Shown here in pieces: positions 55,460 through 64,000 of a stretch of 64,000 nucleotides of DNA (the first letter of the stretch is position 1; each line of letters opens with the position of its first letter). Both the position numbers and the translations under genes were made by a program. Below the pieces are notes generated by a model. That model was not told the origin of the DNA, did no database searches, and was given only the letters and a program-made list of their open reading frames with translations. Origin of the DNA: Bacteroidales bacterium Bact_19 (GTDB lineage: Bacteria > Bacteroidota > Bacteroidia > Bacteroidales > ML635J-15); contig LUZK01000050.1 of assembly GCA_001603595.1 (NCBI GenBank), positions 22,115 to 86,114 of the forward strand, given 5' to 3'.

Positions 55460-57238
55460 ATGGAACAAATTAAAATTCTTGTCGGGTTAGCCAGTTGCGG
55501 AATTGCAGCAGGGGCTAACAAAATTTATGAAAAAATTTCTGCTATTAAAGAACAAGAAAAATTAAATTTTGAACTTACAAAAACCGGTTGTGTAGGGATG
55601 TGTTATCGGGAACCACTCGTTGAAGTTATTGATGATACGGGTTCTTATTTGTACGGCGAAATTGACGATGTTAGAATTACCGAAATAATTGAAAAGCACA
55701 TTAAAACGGGAGAACCTGTTAAAGAATATATTGTAAAAACCGACCTTTTCGAAAACGAAGACGACTCCTACTGTAAAAATCAGGTAAAAATTGCTTTACG
55801 TAATTGTGGAGTAATAAATCCTGAGGTAATCGAAGAATACGAAAATGCCGGAGGTTATTTGGCAGTAAAAAAGATATTAAATAATAACATTTCTCAGGAA
55901 ACGGTTATACAAACTATAATTGACAGTGGTTTACGTGGCAGGGGAGGAGGTGGATTTCCCACGGGTTTAAAATGGAAATTTGCATTCAACAGTAAATCCG
56001 ACGAAAAATATATAATTTGTAATGCCGACGAAGGTGACCCCGGAGCTTTTATGGATAGATCAGTATTGGAAGGTGATCCCCATTCAGTTCTAGAAGGTAT
56101 GACCATAGCTGCTTATGCAATAGGAGCTACTCAGGGAGTAATTTACTGTAGAGCCGAATACCCTTTAGCAATTAAGCGTTTGAATATTGCAATAGACCAG
56201 TCTCGTGCTAAGGGCTATTTAGGCAAAGATATTTACGGTAAAAAAGGTTGGAATTTCGATATTTATGTAAAAGAAGGTGCCGGAGCTTTTGTTTGCGGAG
56301 AAGAAACTGCTCTGATGGCATCAGTAGAAGGTCGCAGAGGTATGCCTCGCAAGCGTCCTCCATTTCCTGCAGTGTCAGGATTATGGAAAAAACCTACAAA
56401 TATTAACAACGTTGAAACTTTTGCCAATGTGCCATATATAGTTTTAAACGGAGCACAATCATTTAATAAGTATGGAACTGAAAAATCAAAAGGAACAAAA
56501 GTTTTTGCCTTAACCGGAAAAATTAAACGAGGAGGTCTTGTGGAAGTTCCGATGGGAATATCAATAAAAGATATAATTTTCAAACATGGTGGTGGTATTC
56601 AGGGAGATAAAAAATTTAAAGCTGTTCAATTGGGCGGACCTTCAGGTGGTTGTATCCCAGATTATTTAGCAGAAACACCTGTAGATTATGATTCCATTTT
56701 AGCTACCGGTGCTATAATGGGATCCGGTGGTATGGTAGTAATGGATGAAACTACCTGTATGGTTGATATGGCTCGATTCTTTTTGGATTTTACGCAAAAA
56801 GAATCATGCGGAAAATGTACTTTCTGTCGTATTGGTACCAAGCGTATGCTCGAAATACTTACCAGAATTTGTGAAGGAGAAGGCAAAGAAGGCGATATTG
56901 AACTGCTTGAAGAATTGGCATATCAGATCAAAGACAGTTCGCTTTGTGGGCTTGGTCAAACAGCTCCAAATCCAGTACTTACAACGATAAAATATTTCAG
57001 AAATGAGTATGAGGCTCATATCCGCGATAAAAAATGCCCAGCAAAGAGTTGTAAAAAACTTATTACATACACAGTAAATCCTGAAAAATGTACAGGTTGT
57101 ACTGTATGTGCAAAAAATTGTCCTGTAAATGCTATATCTGGAGAAAGAAAACAGGTGCATTTTATTGATCAGGAAGTATGTATTAAATGTGGTGTTTGCT
57201 TCAGCAAGTGTAAGTTTGAGGCTATTAATCTTTCGTAA
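55460..57238 (+). CDS. NuoF/HydB-like NAD(H)- and FMN-binding iron-sulfur subunit (Bfu 'B'-type subunit)
   Basis: 592 aa. N-terminal [2Fe-2S] module (LASCGIAAG...GCVGMCYREP). FMN/NADH site (GLRGRGGGGFPTGLKWKF, CNADEGDPGAFMDR). N3-type cluster ESCGKCTFCR. C-terminal 2x[4Fe-4S] (CTGCTVCAKNCP, CIKCGVCFSKC). Confidence 0.9.
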   Translation: MEQIKILVGLASCGIAAGANKIYEKISAIKEQEKLNFELTKTGCVGMCYREPLVEVIDDTGSYLYGEIDDVRITEIIEKHIKTGEPVKEYIVKTDLFENEDDSYCKNQVKIALRNCGVINPEVIEEYENAGGYLAVKKILNNNISQETVIQTIIDSGLRGRGGGGFPTGLKWKFAFNSKSDEKYIICNADEGDPGAFMDRSVLEGDPHSVLEGMTIAAYAIGATQGVIYCRAEYPLAIKRLNIAIDQSRAKGYLGKDIYGKKGWNFDIYVKEGAGAFVCGEETALMASVEGRRGMPRKRPPFPAVSGLWKKPTNINNVETFANVPYIVLNGAQSFNKYGTEKSKGTKVFALTGKIKRGGLVEVPMGISIKDIIFKHGGGIQGDKKFKAVQLGGPSGGCIPDYLAETPVDYDSILATGAIMGSGGMVVMDETTCMVDMARFFLDFTQKESCGKCTFCRIGTKRMLEILTRICEGEGKEGDIELLEELAYQIKDSSLCGLGQTAPNPVLTTIKYFRNEYEAHIRDKKCPAKSCKKLITYTVNPEKCTGCTVCAKNCPVNAISGERKQVHFIDQEVCIKCGVCFSKCKFEAINLS

Positions 57239-57249
57239 AAGTAAAAGTT

Positions 57250-60200
57250 ATGAATCAGATAAATGTTATATTAAACGGCAAACCAGTAATAGGATACGAT
57301 GGAGAATCAATTCTGGAATTAGCCTCCAGATACGGAATAACAATTCCTACTTTATGTCATGATCCTCGACTTGAACCGTATTCATCTTGTTATGTTTGTG
57401 TAGTTGAAATTGAGGGTATGCGAGGACTTCAACCTTCGTGTTCAACAAAGATTAACGAAGGGATGAAAATCACTACCGATAACCAAAAAATTTACAAAGC
57501 CAGACAAACAGCTTTGAATTTGTTGGTAAGTAATCACTATGCAGATTGCGTTGCTCCATGTAAACAAACCTGTCCGGCCGGAGTTGATGTACAGGGATAT
57601 ATTTCCTTGATTGAAAAAGGACTCTATAGCGAAGCTGTAGCTTTAATAAAAGAAGTTAATCCATTGCCTGCAGTTTGTGGTCGTGTTTGTGTACGACCAT
57701 GTGAAGTTGCTTGTCGCCGCAATTTAATGGAGGAAGGAGCCGGTGTAGGCATAGATTATCTTAAAAGATTTGCAAGCGATAAAGATCTCGAATCATCTGA
57801 AAGGTACCGACCAATTCCAAAACCAGCCAGCGGCAAGCGTGTTGCTATTATCGGGGCAGGTCCGGGAGGTTTATCCGCTGCATGGTTTTTACAGCTTCAA
57901 GGACATTATTGCGATATTTACGAAGCTAATCCAAAAGCGGGTGGATGGTTAAGGTATGGTATTCCTGAATATCGTTTGCCTAATGAAATTATAGATAAAG
58001 AAGTTAATGCTATACTTGAATTAGGATTATCTCAAATTCATTATAATAAAAAACTTGGCGAAAATCTTAGTTATAAAAATCTGAAGGATAATTATGATGC
58101 CGTAATTCTTGCAATTGGTTCGCAGGGTAGTACTCCTATAGGTTGCGAAGGGGATGACGCTATTAATGTTTTTGGTGGAGTTGAGTTTTTACGCAATATG
58201 GAAATAACAGGACAAAGATATGATTTTAGAGGTAAAACTGTTGTAGTAATTGGAGGTGGTAATACAGCCATGGATTGTTGTCGTACTTCGATACGTTGCC
58301 ATGCCGATAATGTTTATGTTTTGTACCGCCGGACCGAAAAAGAAATGCCTGCGAATCCAATTGAAATTCACGAATCAAAACTCGAAGGAGTGGAGTATAT
58401 GTTTCTTACTGCTCCCAAAAGAATAAATAAAGACCAGGAAGGTAAGGTAAAATCTATTACCTGCATAAAAATGGAGTTGGGAGAACCTGATGCTTCGGGT
58501 CGTAGAAGACCAATTCCAATTGAAGGAAGTGATTTCGATATCCAGGTTGATTATATACTTGCTGCAATTGGACAAAATACTGTTGCCCCTTTTATTGATG
58601 ATATTAATAATTTTTCGGAAAATGGAAAAGTTATGCTAAATAAATGGGGAACATTTGATGTTAATCCAAAAAATTTGCAAACCGGAAATCCTAAAATTTT
58701 TGCTTGCGGTGATGCAGTTAAAGGACCTGCTACAGTTATCGAAGCTATACAACAAGCTCGCAGAGCTGCTCTGAGTTGTCACCAATTCCTTACAGGTCAG
58801 GAAATAAAAGATGAAGATTACGAATTTATTAGCAAGAAAGATAACTTTAAAAAACAAGAACCAAAAGATTATAAACAAAAATATGTTTCTAAAAAAAGGC
58901 ATGAAATGCCCACACTTCTTCCTGAAGAACGTAAAAACTTCAAAGAAGTTGAATTGGGCTACGAAAATGATGAAATTGCAGTTCAGGAAGCATCAAGATG
59001 TCTTGAATGTGGATGTGTTGAATATTACACCTGTGATTTGAAAAAATATGCCACTGAATATCAAGCTTCGCAGGAAAATTTGAAAGGTGATTTTAAACAA
59101 TTTGACGTAAAATTTGATCATCCATTTATTGAAATTGATAATAACAAATGTATATTATGTGCTCGTTGCGTAAGGATTTGTAGCGAGGTCGTTGGTGCTT
59201 ATGCTCTAGGGCTGGTAAATCGCGGATTTGATACATTTGTTGCTCCAAGTTTAGGAAAATCGTTATTAGAAACAGAATGCGAATCCTGCGGAATGTGTAT
59301 ATCGGCATGTCCTACTGCTGCTATTTCTGAAAATGTTACATTTAAACCAGGTCCGGTTAGAACTGAACCTATAAATTCAATATGTAATTATTGTTCGGTC
59401 GGTTGTGAATTGGAATACCAAGTAAAGAAAAATTTTGTCTGGAGAGTTAATGGAGCTTTTGGTCATATAAATCAAGATTCAAACATTTGTGCTAAAGCAA
59501 AATTCGGATATAATTATATCAATGATAAAAGCCGAATTACTCAACCCATGATCAAAGAAAACGGAAAATGGAAAAATATATCTTTTGATGAGGCTTTTAA
59601 AATTATATTCAATAAATTAAAAGAAAAGTCCGCTGGCGAAAAAGCACTGTTTGCCGGAGCAAGACTATCTAATGAAGAAATGTTTTTAATTTCTAAGTTA
59701 TATGAAATTACCGTTGGTGATAAAAATCTTTCTTCATTCTCATATCTCGGAAGAGGAAATGCTTTTGCAGAAAATAGCCTAAAAAATGTATCTTTTAACG
59801 AAATTCCAGAAACAAAAAGAATTTTTATACTTGGAACAGAAATTAATTACGAACATCCCGTAGTTGGGTATATGGTATTTAATCATCAATTTAAAAACAA
59901 TGTTCCTGTAGTTTTAATAACAGAAGATAAAAATAATTCTATTTCAAAAAAGGCTGACAAAACAATAGTAATTTCATCGTATTATAATTTTATCAAGGCT
60001 GCTAATTACTATGTTGTATCAAATAATCTGCAAAATCAAATTTATCTTGATCAACACTACAAAGAAAGTTTTTATAAATATCGAGATAATATTCTTGGCT
60101 CAAATTATGATGAACTTATAAAAAAAGCTGGGGTAAGTAGTTATGATATTGAGGATTTTGTTAAAGAATATAACAATAATCACAACTCTGTAATAATATT

Positions 60201-60912
60201 TAGTGAAAAAAATTTGGATGCCGAGACTTGTAGTGAAATCATGAACCTTGCAATTCTAACGGGAAAACTTGGTAAGTCTGCTGCAGGAATTATTTTATTA
60301 AAAGAAAAGAACAATTCCGAAGGATTATTTAATATGGGAATTGTTGAAGGAACTGAAAAATTTAATGTTATCAGTAATTATGGTGAAAAAAAATTACTCG
60401 ATAAAATCAAACTAAGGAAAATTTCCTCTTGGTTTATTTTTGGTGAAGATCCTGTTGGAACAGCCATTAATAAAATTGAAATAAATGAATGGTTTGATGA
60501 GGCTGAATTTATAATGGTGCAGGATTATTTCATGACCGAAACCGCTCAGAAAGCAAATCTGATTTTGCCTGCTTCTTTACCTTACGAAACCGGCGGATCA
60601 TTTACAAACACTCAAAGACAAATTTTAGAATTTGAAAAAGCATTGGATGCTCCTTTTGAGTATTGTAATGTTGGTCAACTATTATCTGTACTTAAACTTG
60701 CAGGAATAAACGGAATGGATTCAATTGATGAGGTTAAATCAGAATTTTTCAAACAATTCGGTAATGTAGGAGTAAATTCCAATCAACTTAGAATTACTGA
60801 AGAATCTGTTAACATAAAATTGTTTGAAAATGCAGCAGACTATATCAGTAACAAATTTGAAAAAGATTTTAAGTCAAAACTAAAAAAACAGATTGAATAT
60901 GAAAGAGTTTAA
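57250..60912 (+). CDS. Chimeric 1220-aa iron-sulfur flavoprotein: [2Fe-2S] ferredoxin + GltD/NfnB-like NADPH:FAD module + NuoG-type Fe-S domains + molybdopterin-oxidoreductase-like (apparently degenerate) domain
   Basis: aa 1-80: NuoG/Fdh-type [2Fe-2S] (CHDPRLEPYSSCYVCVVEI...PSC). aa ~90-520: GltD-like (CVAPCKQTCPAGVDV, CGRVCVRPCEVACRR, RVAIIGAGPGGLSAA, VVVIGGGNTAMDC, FACGDA). Then HPFIEIDNNKCILCARCVRIC and CESCGMCISACP. Then the Mo-pterin-type 4Fe-4S motif CNYCSVGC and ~500 aa in which I cannot find the R-x-C/U-H active-site motif. Confidence 0.75.
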   Translation: MNQINVILNGKPVIGYDGESILELASRYGITIPTLCHDPRLEPYSSCYVCVVEIEGMRGLQPSCSTKINEGMKITTDNQKIYKARQTALNLLVSNHYADCVAPCKQTCPAGVDVQGYISLIEKGLYSEAVALIKEVNPLPAVCGRVCVRPCEVACRRNLMEEGAGVGIDYLKRFASDKDLESSERYRPIPKPASGKRVAIIGAGPGGLSAAWFLQLQGHYCDIYEANPKAGGWLRYGIPEYRLPNEIIDKEVNAILELGLSQIHYNKKLGENLSYKNLKDNYDAVILAIGSQGSTPIGCEGDDAINVFGGVEFLRNMEITGQRYDFRGKTVVVIGGGNTAMDCCRTSIRCHADNVYVLYRRTEKEMPANPIEIHESKLEGVEYMFLTAPKRINKDQEGKVKSITCIKMELGEPDASGRRRPIPIEGSDFDIQVDYILAAIGQNTVAPFIDDINNFSENGKVMLNKWGTFDVNPKNLQTGNPKIFACGDAVKGPATVIEAIQQARRAALSCHQFLTGQEIKDEDYEFISKKDNFKKQEPKDYKQKYVSKKRHEMPTLLPEERKNFKEVELGYENDEIAVQEASRCLECGCVEYYTCDLKKYATEYQASQENLKGDFKQFDVKFDHPFIEIDNNKCILCARCVRICSEVVGAYALGLVNRGFDTFVAPSLGKSLLETECESCGMCISACPTAAISENVTFKPGPVRTEPINSICNYCSVGCELEYQVKKNFVWRVNGAFGHINQDSNICAKAKFGYNYINDKSRITQPMIKENGKWKNISFDEAFKIIFNKLKEKSAGEKALFAGARLSNEEMFLISKLYEITVGDKNLSSFSYLGRGNAFAENSLKNVSFNEIPETKRIFILGTEINYEHPVVGYMVFNHQFKNNVPVVLITEDKNNSISKKADKTIVISSYYNFIKAANYYVVSNNLQNQIYLDQHYKESFYKYRDNILGSNYDELIKKAGVSSYDIEDFVKEYNNNHNSVIIFSEKNLDAETCSEIMNLAILTGKLGKSAAGIILLKEKNNSEGLFNMGIVEGTEKFNVISNYGEKKLLDKIKLRKISSWFIFGEDPVGTAINKIEINEWFDEAEFIMVQDYFMTETAQKANLILPASLPYETGGSFTNTQRQILEFEKALDAPFEYCNVGQLLSVLKLAGINGMDSIDEVKSEFFKQFGNVGVNSNQLRITEESVNIKLFENAADYISNKFEKDFKSKLKKQIEYERV

Positions 60913-61354
60913 GACAATTGATGATATTCTGGATTTCGCCATTGATATGGAACAAAAATCCATTGACTTTTACAAAGATCTTTCTAATAGAGCAAAGTCA
61001 TCAGAAATGAAAGAGACCTTTTTAAGTTTTGTTGAGGAAGAAATAAAGCATAAAGCAAAACTAACAAAAGTAAAAGAAGAAAAGATTTTCACACTGGGGG
61101 AAGAAAAAGTGAGAGAATTAAATATTTCCGAATACGTAGAGCGAACAGAACCTTCACCGGACATGAGTTATCAGGATGCCTTGATATTGGCAATGAAACG
61201 TGAGAAAGCTGCTTTCAGACTTTATACTAAATTAGCTTCTCAAACTTCAAATCCGGAATTGGAAAACTTGTTGCTATCATTGGCACAAGAAGAATCTAAA
61301 CATAAACTTATGTTTGAGATTGAATATGATGAAGTAATATTGAGGGAAAATTAA
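60893..61354 (+). CDS. Rubrerythrin/ferritin-like di-iron four-helix-bundle protein (no rubredoxin domain)
   Basis: 153 aa; the start may be the ATG at 60899 (MKEF...). Two E...ExxH pairs (DMEQKSIDFY...EEEIKH; KREKAAFRLY...QEESKH). Overlaps the end of the 1220-aa gene by 14-20 nt. Confidence 0.7.
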   Translation: MNMKEFKTIDDILDFAIDMEQKSIDFYKDLSNRAKSSEMKETFLSFVEEEIKHKAKLTKVKEEKIFTLGEEKVRELNISEYVERTEPSPDMSYQDALILAMKREKAAFRLYTKLASQTSNPELENLLLSLAQEESKHKLMFEIEYDEVILREN

Positions 61355-61356
61355 GA

Positions 61357-61391
61357 AAAAGAGACTGTCTTAATATTTGACAGTCTCTTTT
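61357..61391. terminator. Bidirectional rho-independent terminator between convergent genes
   Basis: Perfect 13-bp stem, aaaagagactgtc (61357-61369) pairing with gacagtctctttt (61379-61391), with a 9-nt loop. Confidence 0.75.
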
Positions 61392-61397
61392 GTGATA

Positions 61398-62855
61398 TTA
61401 TTTGTTTGGAATGTTTTTTAGAATATCAACCAAGTGCTTGTACCACATTTCTACTGTTTTAATTTCAATTCTTTCGTCTGGAGAATGAACTCCACGAAGT
61501 GTTGGTCCGAATGATATCATATCAAGATACGGATATTTTTCGAGAAATAATCCACATTCAAGACCGGCATGAATTGCTCTGATGGCGGGTTTTTTGCCAA
61601 ACAATCTTTCATAAGAAGCAGATGCTATTTCCAGAATTTCTGATTTTGGATTTGGTGCCCAACCGGGATATCCATCACCGGATTCAACTTCAGCTTCCGC
61701 AAGCTCAAATACAGCTTTTACCATATTGTTAATATCCGTTTTGCCTGATTCAAGAGAACTACGCTGGCTGGTGGTAATTGTGATTTTGACATCATTGAAT
61801 TTAACAGCTGCAAGATTTGTTGAAGTTTCAACAAGTCCTGGCATAGTTGTACTCCATGCATGTACTCCGTGTGGACAAGCATATAAGGAATATGTTAGGT
61901 TTTTCTGAGTGTTTTTGTCAATAATAAATTCAGGCAGCGATACTTTTTCAATTTGAATATTCAAGTTTGGTTCAGTAATTTCGATTTCTTTAATGATTTG
62001 ATTCTTTAAAGTTTCAAAGTCTTTTATTAAGTTTTCTTTATCCGTTTCTGCAACAGTAAAAACAAATTCTGCTTCGCGAGGAATAGCATTTCGTTTGTTT
62101 CCACCATCGAAGTTTGACAGTCTGATATTATATTTTTTTGTGAATAAAAACAGAAATCTGTTTGCGATTTTATTTGAATTTCCATATCCTTTGTGAATTT
62201 CATCCCCGCTGTGTCCACCTTTTAGACCATTAACAGTTATTTTAAAAGCACAACTTTTAGCCGGAACAGCTTCTTTAGTGAATTTGAAATAAGCAGTAGT
62301 ATCAATTCCTCCGGCACAGCCTATAAAAATTTCTCCTTCGTCTTCTGAATCAAGGTTTAGCAAAATAGTTCCTTCGAAAAATCCGGGTTCGAGTTCAAAT
62401 GCTCCGGTAAGTCCGGTTTCTTCGTCAACGGTAAACAAACATTCAATAGGCCCGTGTTGAACTGAAGGGTCTGTAAGAATTGCCATCTGAGCAGCCATTC
62501 CGATGCCGTCGTCAGCTCCGAGAGTAGTCCCTCTTGCTTTTACCCATTCACTGTCAACGTAGGCAACTATAGGGTCGTTGTCAAAATCAATTTTTGTGTC
62601 TTTATTTGCTTCGCAGACCATATCCATGTGGCTTTGCAGAACAACAGTTTTTTTATTTTCCATTCCTGGTGTTGCAGGTTTCTTTATAAGTACATTACCG
62701 GCCTGATCTCGTTTTGCTTCCAGATTATGTTCTTTTGCAAAATCTAAAAGGAATTTAATGATTTTTTCTTCTTTTTTACTGGGTCTCGGAACTTGTGTGA
62801 TTTGGTAAAAATATTTCCAAACATTTTTTGGTTGAAGATTTAATATATCGCTCAT
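61398..62855 (-). CDS. pepD: Aminoacyl-histidine dipeptidase (M20C, PepD)
   Basis: 485 aa. LQPKNVWKYFYQITQVPRPSKKEEKI N-terminus, HMDMV, GADDGIGMA, and the EEG/DSEDEGE region typical of PepD. Confidence 0.9.
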   Translation of the reverse strand: MSDILNLQPKNVWKYFYQITQVPRPSKKEEKIIKFLLDFAKEHNLEAKRDQAGNVLIKKPATPGMENKKTVVLQSHMDMVCEANKDTKIDFDNDPIVAYVDSEWVKARGTTLGADDGIGMAAQMAILTDPSVQHGPIECLFTVDEETGLTGAFELEPGFFEGTILLNLDSEDEGEIFIGCAGGIDTTAYFKFTKEAVPAKSCAFKITVNGLKGGHSGDEIHKGYGNSNKIANRFLFLFTKKYNIRLSNFDGGNKRNAIPREAEFVFTVAETDKENLIKDFETLKNQIIKEIEITEPNLNIQIEKVSLPEFIIDKNTQKNLTYSLYACPHGVHAWSTTMPGLVETSTNLAAVKFNDVKITITTSQRSSLESGKTDINNMVKAVFELAEAEVESGDGYPGWAPNPKSEILEIASASYERLFGKKPAIRAIHAGLECGLFLEKYPYLDMISFGPTLRGVHSPDERIEIKTVEMWYKHLVDILKNIPNK

Positions 62856-62920
62856 AATTTTAAAATTTTGATTAATTTTGGATAAAATTACAGTTTATTT
62901 TTGATTTAAAAATTTTTAAA

Positions 62921-63577
62921 ATGTTAAAAATTTACAGATATACAATTTTATGTTTTTTTATATTTTACATAATTGTTTTTGTATCATGTAAAAAAGATGA
63001 AAATATTATTATATCGGGAAAGATTACAAATGCAGTAGATTCTTCCCCAATTTCCGATGCTAAGGTAACTTTGTATGGAAATGCTGTAAATTCCGGGAGT
63101 TATAATGCAATGTACAGCAAAATTTCTGAAACTTTTACGAATGAAAACGGAAATTATTCTTTTGAAATTAAAAAAAAAGTATATGTCAAGTTTAGAATTA
63201 TTATTGAAACAGATGAATATTATTTAAAAAATGCTGAATTTTTTGCAGAGGATGGAAAAACAGAATATTTAAAAAATATTTTACTAGCAAGGAAATCATT
63301 TCTAAAGATATTCGTTAAAAATATTAATCCTAAATTAGAATCGGATGTTTTAAAAATTAGGATAGAAAATATTAATTCAGAATGTGAACAATGCGATAAC
63401 GGCGAGTTTAAATATTTTAACGGAGAAAATGTAGATACAACTTTTATTGTTAACGTTGTTGGTGGTGAAACAATAAGAATTGTTTGGATTTCGATACATA
63501 ACGAAGAATCACAGAATTATAATCAAAATTTATACTGTACTGCAGGAGATACTGTAGTTTTCAATTGTATATATTAG
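62921..63577 (+). CDS. Lipoprotein with CarboxypepD_reg-like N-terminal beta-sandwich
   Basis: 218 aa with a lipobox-like VFVSC. GKITNAVDSSPISDAKVTLYG...TNENGNYSFEI pattern. Confidence 0.5.
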   Translation: MLKIYRYTILCFFIFYIIVFVSCKKDENIIISGKITNAVDSSPISDAKVTLYGNAVNSGSYNAMYSKISETFTNENGNYSFEIKKKVYVKFRIIIETDEYYLKNAEFFAEDGKTEYLKNILLARKSFLKIFVKNINPKLESDVLKIRIENINSECEQCDNGEFKYFNGENVDTTFIVNVVGGETIRIVWISIHNEESQNYNQNLYCTAGDTVVFNCIY

Positions 63578-64000
63578 AAGATAAATAAATTGGAATAGTG
63601 AGTATAAATGTACTTCCTTTTCCATATTCTGATTCAACAGAAATTTTACCTCCCAGCATTTCCGAATAAGCTTTGCAAATTGATAGTCCCAAACCTGAAC
63701 TTTTGTGGAATGATTTATTCGAAATTTCAAAATGCGAAAATCTGTCGAAAATTTTTTCGATATATTCCGGTTTTATTCCAATACCTGTATCTTTTACTGA
63801 AATTTCAATATGTGTAGGAGATATTTTGGTTAATTTTACCTCGATAAATCCCTCTTCTGTAAATTTTACAGCATTACTGATTAGATTAATTAAAATTTGA
63901 CGAAGTTTGATATGATCGGTATCACCAAAAACCTGCTGATTAAAAACATTTTTGAAGTATAATTTAATATTTTTATTTCTTGGAATATATCCTTGCATTT
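63561..64000 (-). CDS. Sensor histidine kinase, C-terminal HATPase_c part only (N-terminus lies beyond the window edge)
   Basis: N box (LRQILINLISNAVKFT), G1 (VKDTGIGI), F box (IFDRF) and G2 (GLGLSICK...GGKISVESEYGKGSTF). The reading frame stays open to the end of the window. Confidence 0.85.
   Translation of the reverse strand, partial: MQGYIPRNKNIKLYFKNVFNQQVFGDTDHIKLRQILINLISNAVKFTEEGFIEVKLTKISPTHIEISVKDTGIGIKPEYIEKIFDRFSHFEISNKSFHKSSGLGLSICKAYSEMLGGKISVESEYGKGSTFILTIPIYLSSNIYN

Noticed and set aside
57250-60912. Interpretation of the 1220-aa subunit as an [FeFe]-hydrogenase or a formate dehydrogenase catalytic subunit
   Set aside because: I found no H-cluster signature motifs (TSCCP-, MPCxxK- or ExMxCxxGC-type). 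I also found no R-x-(Cys/Sec)-His Mo/W active-site motif after the CNYCSVGC cluster. There is no in-frame TGA that would suggest selenocysteine. The only obvious substrate site is the GltD-like NADPH/FAD module.

Overview
AT-rich, gene-dense chromosomal segment with about 54 supported CDS. I saw no rRNA, tRNA, CRISPR array, transposase or integrase. All calls rest on by-eye motif and architecture recognition in the supplied ORF translations and on manual inspection of the intergenic DNA; no searches were run. The content points to an anaerobic member of the Bacteroidota. Supporting signs are type IX secretion (T9SS) parts (type-B C-terminal-domain cargo, PorP/SprF, PorE-like proteins), a MoxR-DUF58-BatABC aerotolerance operon, GldB-like/nadE synteny, TAnnTTTG promoter boxes, almost no Shine-Dalgarno sites, ptb-buk, and flavin-based bifurcation-type subunits. 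Layout: (1) 0-13 kb, T9SS accessory island with a TPR protein, two tandem PorE-like OmpA proteins, a small secreted ORF, a 1302-aa SprB-repeat type-B cargo and three tandem PorP/SprF paralogues. (2) 13-22.8 kb, housekeeping genes (engB, TlpA-like, S4/Hsp15-like, DUF4924, GldB-like, nadE, small lipoproteins). (3) 22.9-29 kb, Bat operon. (4) 29-34.7 kb, cinA, a Zn-ribbon methyltransferase and a UvrD/PD-(D/E)XK helicase-nuclease. (5) 35.2-43.1 kb, the stretch I consider most worth follow-up. It is a tightly packed minus-strand cluster: DUF134 regulator, NifX-like, DUF5320, then peroxiredoxin, NifX-like (His/Cys tail), DUF89, ZIP transporter, single-Cys FAD oxidoreductase, two ferredoxin-insert MinD-type ATPases and a CobA/CobO-type adenosyltransferase. 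The core of this module recurs in anaerobes but has, to my knowledge, no assigned function. (6) 43.4-46.6 kb, porin-like, beta-helix lipoprotein and TtcA-like operon. (7) ptb-buk-ridA. (8) A 690-bp non-coding convergent spacer with a GC-rich island and a 124-nt extended hairpin. (9) A 1156-aa sensor-REC-PPDK_N fusion. (10) gdhA followed by a NuoE/NuoF-like pair, a 1220-aa chimeric [2Fe-2S]-GltD-NuoG/Fdh-like subunit and a coupled di-iron protein, which I read as a Bfu/Stn-like transhydrogenase candidate. (11) pepD, a lipoprotein and a truncated histidine kinase.
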